Assembly: GCA_964573565.1 (NCBI GenBank)
Contig: CAZNJV010000001.1
Location: 1 to 28,888 of the forward strand
Length of the DNA stretch: 28,888 nt
Source: an uncultured Candidatus Saccharibacteria bacterium
Lineage (GTDB): Bacteria > Patescibacteriota > Dojkabacteria > SC72
Reading direction: 5' to 3'
Every line of letters starts with the position of its first letter. The first letter of the stretch is position 1. Of this stretch, positions 7,815-16,088 are shown piece after piece. The position numbers and the translations under genes were made by a program. A model generated the notes under the pieces. It searched no databases. It was not told the origin of the DNA and saw nothing but the letters and a program-made list of their open reading frames with translations.

Positions 7815-8693
7815 TTATTTTTTAATCAAACATCTCAACTTGGCGGAAGCGGAGCGAGAATTTTGCTCTAACTCTATGTCGGTTGGGGCAATTGGACTTT
7901 TGAAGAGCAATTCTCCTTCCCCGCTTCTAGCCTTGTCGCTAAAGTAATTCTTAACAATTCGATCTTCTAAAGAATGGAAGGTTATCACTGATAGTCTTCC
8001 ATCGGATTGTAAGAGCTCAAAAGATTTATCTAATGCCTCTTTGAGGCTTTCTAATTCATCATTTACCACGATCCGCAGAGCCTGAAAGACCCTGCGGGAA
8101 GGGTTCTTAAAAGAATTATTCGCCGGCACGACTTTATAGATAAGTCTTGTAAGATCTCCAACTGTTTTAATATTGCTAAGCTCTTTTTTAATTGCTTTGG
8201 CAATTTTCATTGAATATCTTTCTTCTCCGTATTCCAAGAATAGTCTTGCTAACTGTCTCTCATCTAATACTGTGAGAATATCTAGTGCTGTGACTCCTAA
8301 GTTAGTATTCATTCTCATATCTAGTGGTTCTTGATCTTCTAGGTAACTGAAACCTCTGTTGTGAGATTCTTCTAGCTGTCTAGATGAGAGTCCTAGATCC
8401 ATAAGGATACCGTTTGGAGTTTTACCAATCTCTGCTACGAGTTTGTCGATGTCTCTAAAGTTGGATTGCTTGAGGATCCAATTCTCTTGGAAATTGTAAT
8501 AGCTTTTGACAAATTCAATAGCGAAACTGTCTTGGTCGATACTTAGTAGTAATCCATCAGGTGAGAGCTGCTTTAGAATTGATTGACTGTGACCACCATC
8601 TCCTAACGTGCAATCGATATAGAAACCATGTGGATCTATATTTAATGAATCTATTGATTCGTTTAAGAGTACTGGTACGTGTATTTTATCCAT
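7815..8693 (-). CDS. rsmH: 16S rRNA (cytosine1402-N4)-methyltransferase RsmH (MraW)
   Basis: HVPVLL, DCTLGDGGHS, DLGLSSRQL, PLDMRM, FQALRIVVNDEL, ITFHSLEDRIVK. Confidence 0.97.
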   Translation of the reverse strand: MDKIHVPVLLNESIDSLNIDPHGFYIDCTLGDGGHSQSILKQLSPDGLLLSIDQDSFAIEFVKSYYNFQENWILKQSNFRDIDKLVAEIGKTPNGILMDLGLSSRQLEESHNRGFSYLEDQEPLDMRMNTNLGVTALDILTVLDERQLARLFLEYGEERYSMKIAKAIKKELSNIKTVGDLTRLIYKVVPANNSFKNPSRRVFQALRIVVNDELESLKEALDKSFELLQSDGRLSVITFHSLEDRIVKNYFSDKARSGEGELLFKSPIAPTDIELEQNSRSASAKLRCLIKK

Positions 8694-9129
8694 TGTTCTT
8701 TTCTGTCATTTTAGTCAATTCTTGTGCGATATCTTCTCCATGTTGTTTTAGGTATTGGAGTCTCTCTTCCCATTTGGATTTCTCCCATATTTCGATCCAA
8801 TTTACTAAACCGATGAAAACGATATCTTCTTTGAGTTGTGCATGATCAAACAATGCTTGTGGTATTATGAATCTTCCTTGCTTGTCTGTTTGAACTTCTG
8901 TTGCACTCCCTACCAGGAATCTACTTGTATCACGGATGTTTTTATTTATAAAAGAGCCATCTATTACCTCTTTGGCTATTTTTTGCCACATATCCTGATT
9001 TACTAGGATAAGTGCATCTTCGTAGCCTCTGGTGAGTATTATGTTCTCACCTAGTTCATTTCTGAACTTTTTGGGAAGTGATGTTCTTTTCTTATTGCTA
9101 AGCTTTCCGTGGTACTCTCCTATGAGCAT
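8686..9129 (-). CDS. mraZ: Division/cell wall cluster transcriptional repressor MraZ
   Basis: MLIGEY...K.R..LPKKFR, TRGYEDAL, DKQGRFIIP, IEIW. First gene of the dcw operon. Confidence 0.96.
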   Translation of the reverse strand: MLIGEYHGKLSNKKRTSLPKKFRNELGENIILTRGYEDALILVNQDMWQKIAKEVIDGSFINKNIRDTSRFLVGSATEVQTDKQGRFIIPQALFDHAQLKEDIVFIGLVNWIEIWEKSKWEERLQYLKQHGEDIAQELTKMTEKNNG

Positions 9130-9135
9130 ATTTGG

Positions 9136-9195
9136 ATTTTACCACTTCTCACCACTTCATGCCACTAATTTAACATTATCTAAAATATGCGTCAA
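9136..9195 (-). promoter_or_regulatory. mraZ promoter(s) with three AGTGG MraZ-type boxes
   Basis: TTGACG (9195-9190), 17 nt, TAAATT (9172-9167). AGTGG at 9166-9162, 9156-9152 and 9146-9142 with 10-nt period. A second TG-G-TAAAAT (9141-9136) lies 6 nt from ATG. Confidence 0.8.
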
Positions 9196-9366
9196 GAAGA
9201 TTTAGTTATAGGATTGGATATAATATTCTAGGATATACAGATATATCGCTACTGAAATATATCTACCCTGTTGTGGGTGATATTGTGAACATGAACCGAT
9301 AGCAGAATTTATTGAAATATATATTTAAAGAAGTTAGTATAATTAAATAACTTGAGCCAAGTTTCT

Positions 9367-10737
9367 ATGAAAATCTATTTAAAAGATATAAAAGAGAGAT
9401 TCCCAGAGTTTGAGATTAGAAATTATGATGAGAATGCGTTTTTCACAGCCTTTAACCATGATTCGAGAACTATAAAGGATGGGGAGATCTTTATCCCTAT
9501 TGTTGGAGAAAAATTTGATGGCCATGATTTTATACTTCAGGCATTAAATGATGGTGCTGATATGGCCATATGTGAGGCGAAGAAATCTTTGTTAGTTAAA
9601 GATGCAATTAAGCCTGTGATTTTGGTTGATAGTGTTCGTGAGGGTCTACAGAAGATAATGTCTTTGTACACCTCCCATATCGATGCCAAGATTATGGGTA
9701 TAACAGGGAGTGCGGGTAAAACGACTACAAGAAAGATCCTTTCGACAATCTTGAGTTGCAATGGTTCTGTTTTGTCTGCAGAAGGTTCAAACATCAATAC
9801 TGTTTGGGGCAATGCGGTTTTACTTAGCAAATATACAGATGAAAAATATATAGTTTTGGAATGTGGTATGGATCATCCTGGTGAAATTGCTTGGCACATG
9901 AATTCAGAAGATCCTGATTTGGGGATATTGTTAAATGTAGGTTATGTACATGCCGAGGCTTTGGGTTCGATAGAGGGAGTGTATGAGGAGAAAAAGAACA
10001 TGGCCGATTATCTGGATCGTATGGGGAGACCTCTAATCCTGAATATAGATGATGAGAGGTTGCAAAGGATTGCCACTATATATAAATCGAAGCTTGTCAC
10101 CTATGGCTATAATGCGAATGCAGATTTTAGAATAGAATCATCTGTTTTGAGTCAGGATGGAATAGATTTTAAATTTGTGTATAAGGGAAATTCCTTTACT
10201 GGTCATTTGAAGGCCTATGGTGAGAAGCTTGTATATAATGTTGTAGCGGCCATAGCAGCAGCAGTGGAACTGGGAGTAAACATTGAAGATGCATTAGATG
10301 CACTAAAAGATTTCGAACCAGAAAGTGGTCGTTTTGAGATAATTCCACTTAGAAGTGGTAGCTTTATCATCAATGACGCATATAACGCGAATCCGGTTTC
10401 TATGGAAATGTCGCTTAATACATTCAACAAGTTGTATTCTAAGGAAGAATATAAGCGAATAGTAATATTGGGAGACATGAAAGAACTTGGAGATGTGTCT
10501 TCTAAACAGCATAAAGAGCTTGGAGAATTAGTAAACAAGATGGAATTTGATGATGTGTATTTCCTAGGAGAGTATTTTAAAGATTTCGGTATTGGCGAAG
10601 AGATCAGGTCGATTCCCGAAGCAGTAAGCATCATTAAGGAGAATTTAGAGAATGAGAAAAGAAAACTAGCTATTCTATGTAAGGGTAGTCACAGCACGGG
10701 TATATTTGAAATCCCAGATCTTGTGAAGAGTTTATAA
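9367..10737 (+). CDS. murF: MurF-type Mur ligase (UDP-MurNAc-tripeptide:D-Ala-D-Ala ligase family)
   Basis: DSR, GEKFDGHDF, GITGSAGKTTT, LECGMDHPGEI, NDAYNANPVSM, ILGDMKELG. The ORF opens at TTG 9352; ATG 9367 is preferred. Confidence 0.88.
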   Translation: MKIYLKDIKERFPEFEIRNYDENAFFTAFNHDSRTIKDGEIFIPIVGEKFDGHDFILQALNDGADMAICEAKKSLLVKDAIKPVILVDSVREGLQKIMSLYTSHIDAKIMGITGSAGKTTTRKILSTILSCNGSVLSAEGSNINTVWGNAVLLSKYTDEKYIVLECGMDHPGEIAWHMNSEDPDLGILLNVGYVHAEALGSIEGVYEEKKNMADYLDRMGRPLILNIDDERLQRIATIYKSKLVTYGYNANADFRIESSVLSQDGIDFKFVYKGNSFTGHLKAYGEKLVYNVVAAIAAAVELGVNIEDALDALKDFEPESGRFEIIPLRSGSFIINDAYNANPVSMEMSLNTFNKLYSKEEYKRIVILGDMKELGDVSSKQHKELGELVNKMEFDDVYFLGEYFKDFGIGEEIRSIPEAVSIIKENLENEKRKLAILCKGSHSTGIFEIPDLVKSL

Positions 10738-11898
10738 CTCAATTTCTTTTAATATTGTCTTAACAGCATCTGTTCTAAATATCTTTTCGATCTCCCTTTT
10801 ATCTACATCTTTTGTTTTCTGTAGGAATTTCTCTAACCTTAGCAACAAACAACTTGATGTGAGTTCTCCCTCCTGAATTATCTCTGCTAAACCTAAGTTA
10901 ACTAATACCGCTGCATTTTTGTATTGCTCATTATGTGTGACCCAAGGAATAGGTATAAATATGGAAGGTATCTGTAACACTCCCATCTCGTATACCGTAT
11001 TGGCTCCTGCTCTACCAACATATAGATCGATATTGTGTAAAAGATAGCCTAAATCCTTAGCTTGAATAAATGTAACAGGTAAGAATCTTGATCGAAGGTC
11101 TTTCTCTAAGTTCTCTTTGTACCCAATTAGAATTTTGTAATCATTGAAAACCTTGTTATCCCCTGTTTGAAGAATGATTTGGTATTTTTGTAACAACATC
11201 TTAAGAGATTCTTTTACAGTTTCGTTTATTAGGTGTGAACCTAGCCCTCCACCAGATATGTAGATAATGGGATATCTATCTCTGTTGCTTACCATCCCCT
11301 TTATACTCTCCGCGAAGTTCCCTTGTGCCTTGGTTTCAAATATCTCTGGTCTGACAAGATTTCCTGTTAATAGGGCTTTACCCTTCGGGAAATATTTAAA
11401 AGAAGAAGGGAAGGATATGAAAATTTTCTCTGCTAACTTCCCTACTATCTTGTTTGTTAAGCCAACTGTTGCAGTTTGCTCATGAAGATATATCTTAGAT
11501 TTAAAAAGTTTGGCAATCAAACAAACACTTACAGTTACATAACCACCCGTTGATATTATTATTTCAGGTTTGAATTTCTTAACAATTTTGTAGGAATCCA
11601 TAAGCCCGAGAATTGTTCTAAAAAGGAGTTTGATGGTATTGAAACTAAGAGATCGTTGTAGTTTTCCAGCACGTATGAATTTACATTCGAAGCCCTTTCC
11701 TTTCATCAACTTTTGCTCGAGAGAGTTTCCAGGTTTCTCACCTTCCATACCAAGATCACCACCGATATAGAGAAAATGGCTTTTATCTAACACATATCTC
11801 TCTTCAAGGCTTGATATGACAGAAAGTGCTGCAGAGATATGGCCTCCAGATCCACCTCCTGTTACGATTATTTTTTTACTTAACTGCTTTTTGCTCAT
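10732..11898 (-). CDS. murG: MurG GlcNAc transferase
   Basis: GGGSGGH, STGGYV, HEQ, GNLVR, GRAGANTVYE, EQYKNA. Downstream of ftsW. Confidence 0.9.
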   Translation of the reverse strand: MSKKQLSKKIIVTGGGSGGHISAALSVISSLEERYVLDKSHFLYIGGDLGMEGEKPGNSLEQKLMKGKGFECKFIRAGKLQRSLSFNTIKLLFRTILGLMDSYKIVKKFKPEIIISTGGYVTVSVCLIAKLFKSKIYLHEQTATVGLTNKIVGKLAEKIFISFPSSFKYFPKGKALLTGNLVRPEIFETKAQGNFAESIKGMVSNRDRYPIIYISGGGLGSHLINETVKESLKMLLQKYQIILQTGDNKVFNDYKILIGYKENLEKDLRSRFLPVTFIQAKDLGYLLHNIDLYVGRAGANTVYEMGVLQIPSIFIPIPWVTHNEQYKNAAVLVNLGLAEIIQEGELTSSCLLLRLEKFLQKTKDVDKREIEKIFRTDAVKTILKEIEL

Positions 11899-13090
11899 TC
11901 TGAGTGTTTGAGTATTTACTGATATTTAGTAGTATACCAATTCCTATGAGGGATACGATAGTGCTAGATCCACCATAGCTAACTAGAGGTATAGGCATTC
12001 CAGTGAGAGGAATGATACCAACATTTGCCCCTATATTTAAAAGTGTCTGAATAACAAGCCATACTGTAATGCCTGCTGCCAACAGTTTCCCTTGTTTATC
12101 CGGTGCTCCAAGTGCAACTTTGAGTCCTCTCCAAAGGAACCCTATCCATGCAATTATGATTAATGTACCTCCCAAGAATCCAAGCTCTTCAAGAATTACG
12201 GCAAATATTGAGTCTGTGAATGCAGTATTCTCTACCAGATATCCAAATCGTTGTCTTGATTGTCCAAATCCTGTACCAAAGAATCCTCCTGATCCTATTC
12301 CTATGAGAATTTGTTGCATCTGATACCCAGAGCCTTGTGGATCCGCCACTTTGCCGGTAAATAGCAAGCTTAAGAAGGTTGTGACCCTCTGCAATCTGTA
12401 TGGCTCTAGTATTGCCGCTATACCAGCTACTGGTATAAGTAATGAAAGTACGGAAAAAGAAGCGAGGGTATGGATTCTGTCCTCTCCAGCCATTAAGAAC
12501 ATGATGAAGCATGTAATACAAACGACCATTGTTGTACCGAGGTCTGGTTCTAGAAGTATAAGTAAGGCGACTACACCGAGAATGGCTATGAATCCCAAGA
12601 GATTCTTTATGAACCCTTCCCTAATTGCAGATTTGAAATCTTTGTATTTGTAATCTCGCTTTGCTAACCATTGTGCAAGGTACATGATCAATGTGAGTTT
12701 GGCAAACTCGGCGGGTTGTATTTTAGGCAATGACCCTAGAGAGAACCATCTTTTAGAACCGTTAGTTGCTTCTCCTAATATTAATACTGCAGCTAGGAGT
12801 AATACTGTGATTACCAGTGCTGGGAATGCTAATTTCAGTATCTTTCTGTAATCCCAGAAATATACTATTACTGCAGGAACTGCCCCTACTAGTAACCAAA
12901 CAATTTGGGATTTAAGGAAGTAGAATTGATCATTGAAGACTGTATTTGCTTGGTAAACACTGGCATCAAAGATCATAATAGCCCCGAATATCGCCATTAA
13001 TACGCAGAATATTAAAAGGAAAGAATCTGGTTTGTGTCCGGAGATTACTTTCTTGAGTTTTCTTTTTGGGGCATGGTTTTGATTGGACAT
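11876..13090 (-). CDS. ftsW: SEDS-family peptidoglycan glycosyltransferase FtsW
   Basis: KRWF...IQPAEFAKL, EPDLGT, GYQ..Q...GSGG, TDSIFAVILEELG (catalytic Asp), PLVSYGGSS. Upstream of murG. Confidence 0.93.
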   Translation of the reverse strand: MSNQNHAPKRKLKKVISGHKPDSFLLIFCVLMAIFGAIMIFDASVYQANTVFNDQFYFLKSQIVWLLVGAVPAVIVYFWDYRKILKLAFPALVITVLLLAAVLILGEATNGSKRWFSLGSLPKIQPAEFAKLTLIMYLAQWLAKRDYKYKDFKSAIREGFIKNLLGFIAILGVVALLILLEPDLGTTMVVCITCFIMFLMAGEDRIHTLASFSVLSLLIPVAGIAAILEPYRLQRVTTFLSLLFTGKVADPQGSGYQMQQILIGIGSGGFFGTGFGQSRQRFGYLVENTAFTDSIFAVILEELGFLGGTLIIIAWIGFLWRGLKVALGAPDKQGKLLAAGITVWLVIQTLLNIGANVGIIPLTGMPIPLVSYGGSSTIVSLIGIGILLNISKYSNTQNEQKAVK

Positions 13091-13121
13091 AGTCTGACTA
13101 TTAATATACTATAATTAATAT

Positions 13122-13733
13122 ATGAATCAAAAGGAAAGGTCAAAAAGTTTAGGATATCTTTTTGTGGTGGGTGGTCCTGGAGGTAGTGGAGCTTCCACTA
13201 TTGCGAGAATGCTTGCAGATAATTTTTCTCTTAAGCGTATATATGGTGGAAAGATGTTTAGATCTTTGTTAAGGAAGGCTGGGTATGAAGAGAGTGATGA
13301 TGCGTATTCTAAGAAGAATGAGAAGTTATTAAAGAAATTGGATAAGCAGGTAGATGCTTTGTTAATGTCTGAGATCCAGAATCCAAATGTTTTGATAGAG
13401 TCTAAAAATTTTGCAGCTTTAGCGACAAAGAAAAAACTTCCCTGCACAGTAAGAATCTGGATTACTGCTTCTCTGAATGTGAGAGCTCAGAGGACGCTTC
13501 TTAAGCAGGGTATAAAGCCAGGTTTTAAGAGTTTTCATAAATATCTGGAGGCTAGGAATAATTTAAAGAATAGGTATAGGATTGATGCGATGAGGTACTC
13601 TTCTTTGTATGGTATTAATTATGATAAACCAGAGGAGTATAATGACATTATCATAGATTCTTCTAATCTAAATGAGAAGGAGACCTTTGATTTAATTTTA
13701 AAAAATATTAAAGATGGCGGATATATTAAATAA
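13122..13733 (+). CDS. Archaeal-type (d)CMP kinase-family P-loop protein lacking the Walker A lysine
   Basis: GGPGGSGASTIA, GKMFR, DKQVD, RIWITASLNVRAQR, RY..LYGI, IIIDSSNL. Confidence 0.75.
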   Translation: MNQKERSKSLGYLFVVGGPGGSGASTIARMLADNFSLKRIYGGKMFRSLLRKAGYEESDDAYSKKNEKLLKKLDKQVDALLMSEIQNPNVLIESKNFAALATKKKLPCTVRIWITASLNVRAQRTLLKQGIKPGFKSFHKYLEARNNLKNRYRIDAMRYSSLYGINYDKPEEYNDIIIDSSNLNEKETFDLILKNIKDGGYIK

Positions 13734-13983
13734 TAATATCCCTGTTAATAATAGTACTCCTAATCCTGTTCCGACTCCTACTCCTGATGTTACGTCACAT
13801 GTTAATCCTGTCCCTCGTGATGAATTTCTAGTTAAAGAACCTCCTCCGCATGGTTTAGATAGTTCATGGAGAAGATGGAAGTGTTTAAACTGTGGTTATG
13901 TGTATGAGGGTATATTTAAAGGAGTTATGGTATGTCCTAAGTGTGGTAATGCTGATCCGGACAAGTTTGATGAATCTGAATAA
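13714..13983 (+). CDS. Stand-alone rubredoxin-like / zinc-ribbon protein with Pro-rich N-terminus
   Basis: WKCLNCGYVYEG...CPKCG resembles the rubrerythrin C-terminal metal knuckle. Confidence 0.75.
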   Translation: MADILNNNIPVNNSTPNPVPTPTPDVTSHVNPVPRDEFLVKEPPPHGLDSSWRRWKCLNCGYVYEGIFKGVMVCPKCGNADPDKFDESE

Positions 13984-13988
13984 TAATC

Positions 13989-14072
13989 TGCCGGGAGAGG
14001 GAATCGAACCCTCACTCTATTTCTAGAACGGGATTTTAAGTCCCGCGCGTCTGCCAATTCCGCCATCTCGGC
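13989..14072 (-). tRNA. tRNA-Leu(UAA), CCA not encoded
   Basis: Cloverleaf GCCGAGA...CGGGA-CTTAAAA-TCCCG, long variable arm, GAGGG-TTCGATT-CCCTC, discriminator A. Confidence 0.95.
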
Positions 14073-14089
14073 TTAATAGATGTACGATT

Positions 14090-14118
14090 ATTCTAATCTA
14101 AAAGGTCTTTTTATTCAA
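14090..14118 (-). promoter_or_regulatory. Sigma70-type promoter for tRNA-Leu(UAA)
   Basis: TTGAAT (14118-14113), 17 nt, TAGAAT (14095-14090). Confidence 0.7.
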
Positions 14119-14121
14119 TAA

Positions 14122-14197
14122 TGGAGGTGACGATGGGACTCGAACCCATGATAGCGGTTTTGCAGACCGCGGCCTTAACCATCTTGGCTACGTCACC
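14122..14197 (-). tRNA. tRNA-Cys(GCA), CCA encoded
   Basis: GGTGACG/CGTCACC acceptor stem, GCGGT-CTGCAAA-ACCGC anticodon arm, U73 discriminator, CCA. Confidence 0.96.
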
Positions 14198-14201
14198 GTG
14201 T

Positions 14202-15584
14202 CTATCTATTTATTACATCCTTAACAGTAACTATCTCTAAAATAGCATCTGTTTGGTTATGTCTTATAGAACTACCGCTAATAATAGCAATTTTATCATT
14301 TAAATCCAACTCCCCTTGGGCATAAACAAGATCAACAGCACGTTCTGTACATTCATCCCTATCTGTCGGAAGCGTATTTGAATACACACCTCTTACACCA
14401 TGCAAAATAGAACTCTGTTTGATAGTAGATACCTTTGTAGCAACCTCCCACACTTGTATATTAGGTCTATGCCTTATTAAACTCCTAATAGTATTTCCAG
14501 TATTAGAGATGACAATTACTCCCTTAAGCTTCATATTTGCTGATATATCACAAAGATTTCGGCATAACTCATCTACCTCCACAGGTGCACAGGTATGCTC
14601 ATATATAGGACTTTGCTGAAGAACAGATTCTGCTCTAAGTGCGATCTTTTGCATTGCTAACACTGCTTGCTCAGGATATCTTCCTGTAGAAGTCTCTGCA
14701 GAAAGCATAGTCGCATCAGTTCCATCCATCACAGCATTAGCAACATCTGAGACCTCTGCTCTTGTGGGAATAACAGAATTCTTCATAGATTCTAACATCT
14801 GGGTGGCTACAATAACCGGTTTGCCTGTTGCTCTGCATTTGTAAATCATCTGCTTTTGAAGAATAGGTACACTCTCATATGGAGTTTCTATTCCTAAGTC
14901 ACCACGTGCGATCATTATGCCATCTGCGGCTTTAAGAATCTCATCGAAATTCTCTACTCCATGTCTATTCTCAATCTTGGCAATTAATTGAATATCACTT
15001 CCAACGGTCAAACCACGGATGATTTCAAGATCTTTTGCACTCTTTATGAACGAAAGTGATATGAAATCAAATCCCAAAGATATTGCATTTGCAATGTCAG
15101 CTTTGTCTTTTTCCGTAATCGGCGGAAAGTTTAAATCTGCATCAGGGATATTAACAGTTTTGTTAGGTTTTAGGAGTCCTGGTTGCAAAACCTCACATAT
15201 GACCTCTTGATCCTTGATTTCCTTGACTGCTAATTGAATAGTACCATCATCTAGGAGAATCCTTGTACCCAAGGCTACTACCTCATGCAAGTTTGGGTAT
15301 GAGATTCTGAAAGTATTAGGAATTGAGATGGTGCCAGCTATCTGCATCTCTTGTGATAGGCCCTCTACTCTAATCTTGTGCCCCTGTGTGTCAAGCATGA
15401 GACCAATTCTTGGAGAGATGCTGCGAATCGTTTCTGCAACTCGTTTTAGCTCTTCAAAATCGGCAAAAGAAGCGTTGATTCTCGCAACACTCATACCATT
15501 CTCATACATCTTCTGTAAAACAGCTCTGTCCCAGGAAGATGGGCCAATTGTGGCAATAATTTTTGTCTTTGATTCGTTTCTCAT
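14202..15584 (-). CDS. pyk: Pyruvate kinase (likely K+-independent type)
   Basis: KIIATIGP, DTQGHKIR, AKIEN, DGIMIARGDLG, TQMLESM, PTRAEVSDV, MLSAETSTG. The ORF-track start 15626 lies inside the predicted promoter, so ATG 15584 is preferred. Confidence 0.96.
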   Translation of the reverse strand: MRNESKTKIIATIGPSSWDRAVLQKMYENGMSVARINASFADFEELKRVAETIRSISPRIGLMLDTQGHKIRVEGLSQEMQIAGTISIPNTFRISYPNLHEVVALGTRILLDDGTIQLAVKEIKDQEVICEVLQPGLLKPNKTVNIPDADLNFPPITEKDKADIANAISLGFDFISLSFIKSAKDLEIIRGLTVGSDIQLIAKIENRHGVENFDEILKAADGIMIARGDLGIETPYESVPILQKQMIYKCRATGKPVIVATQMLESMKNSVIPTRAEVSDVANAVMDGTDATMLSAETSTGRYPEQAVLAMQKIALRAESVLQQSPIYEHTCAPVEVDELCRNLCDISANMKLKGVIVISNTGNTIRSLIRHRPNIQVWEVATKVSTIKQSSILHGVRGVYSNTLPTDRDECTERAVDLVYAQGELDLNDKIAIISGSSIRHNQTDAILEIVTVKDVINR

Positions 15585-15592
15585 TGGGCAGT
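15584..15592 (-). promoter_or_regulatory. ACTGCCCAA start-proximal motif (pyk)
   Basis: The last A of the motif is the A of ATG 15584. Confidence 0.55.
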
Positions 15593-15602
15593 TAGATAGT
15601 TC

Positions 15603-15631
15603 AGTATACTGAATGTCACTATTCATGTCTA
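15603..15631 (-). promoter_or_regulatory. Sigma70-type promoter for pyk
   Basis: TAGACA (15631-15626), 17 nt, TATACT (15608-15603). Confidence 0.65.
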
Positions 15632-15667
15632 TGTCTGTGTGATATATTATTGGTGTTATAACATATG

Positions 15668-15676
15668 ACTGCCCAA
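15668..15676 (+). promoter_or_regulatory. ACTGCCCAA start-proximal motif (holin-like gene)
   Basis: 4 nt upstream of ATG 15681; extended -10 TG-T-TATAAC at 15654-15662. Confidence 0.55.
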
Positions 15677-15680
15677 AAAG

Positions 15681-16088
15681 ATGAAGAATTTCTTAAAATC
15701 TCTAATCGCTTATTTTGCATTGGTATTCCTAGCGGTTAGCCTTTTTGATAAAGGTATTGTTTTGCCAGAAAGTGGGTTATACTTCGCAGCTACATTATTG
15801 ATTCTTACACTTACTATCCTTATTGCAGAGCCATTACTAAAATTCCTTACAGTTAGAGTCAACTTCATCACAATGTTCTTAATGTCATCCCTTTTACTAA
15901 TTGGGGTCTTTTTTCTTCTGAAGATATTTATGACAGATTTCTACATTAATGAATATACATTTGAAGAGATGACTCTGGGGACACTTAAGGTTACAAGTTT
16001 TGTCGTAAAACCGACATTAACAATCATTTCTGCATCTCTAACGTCGGCACTCTTCTGTGCTACCTTCAGAGGATTGGATAGTGTATAA
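15681..16088 (+). CDS. Small 4-TM membrane protein, phage-holin-4/YvlD-like
   Basis: Four hydrophobic helices and an IAEPLLKFLTVRVNFITM segment resembling the family P-I-L-x-L-L-x-L-P pattern. TAATG overlap with secG. Confidence 0.6.
   Translation: MKNFLKSLIAYFALVFLAVSLFDKGIVLPESGLYFAATLLILTLTILIAEPLLKFLTVRVNFITMFLMSSLLLIGVFFLLKIFMTDFYINEYTFEEMTLGTLKVTSFVVKPTLTIISASLTSALFCATFRGLDSV

Noticed and set aside
9196-9345. AT-rich mraZ-murF spacer with inverted repeat AGATATAT/ATATATCT (9239-9264) as an origin or ncRNA
   Set aside because: No DnaA-box cluster was found. The repeat is short and low-complexity, and is compatible with chance or a simple promoter element.
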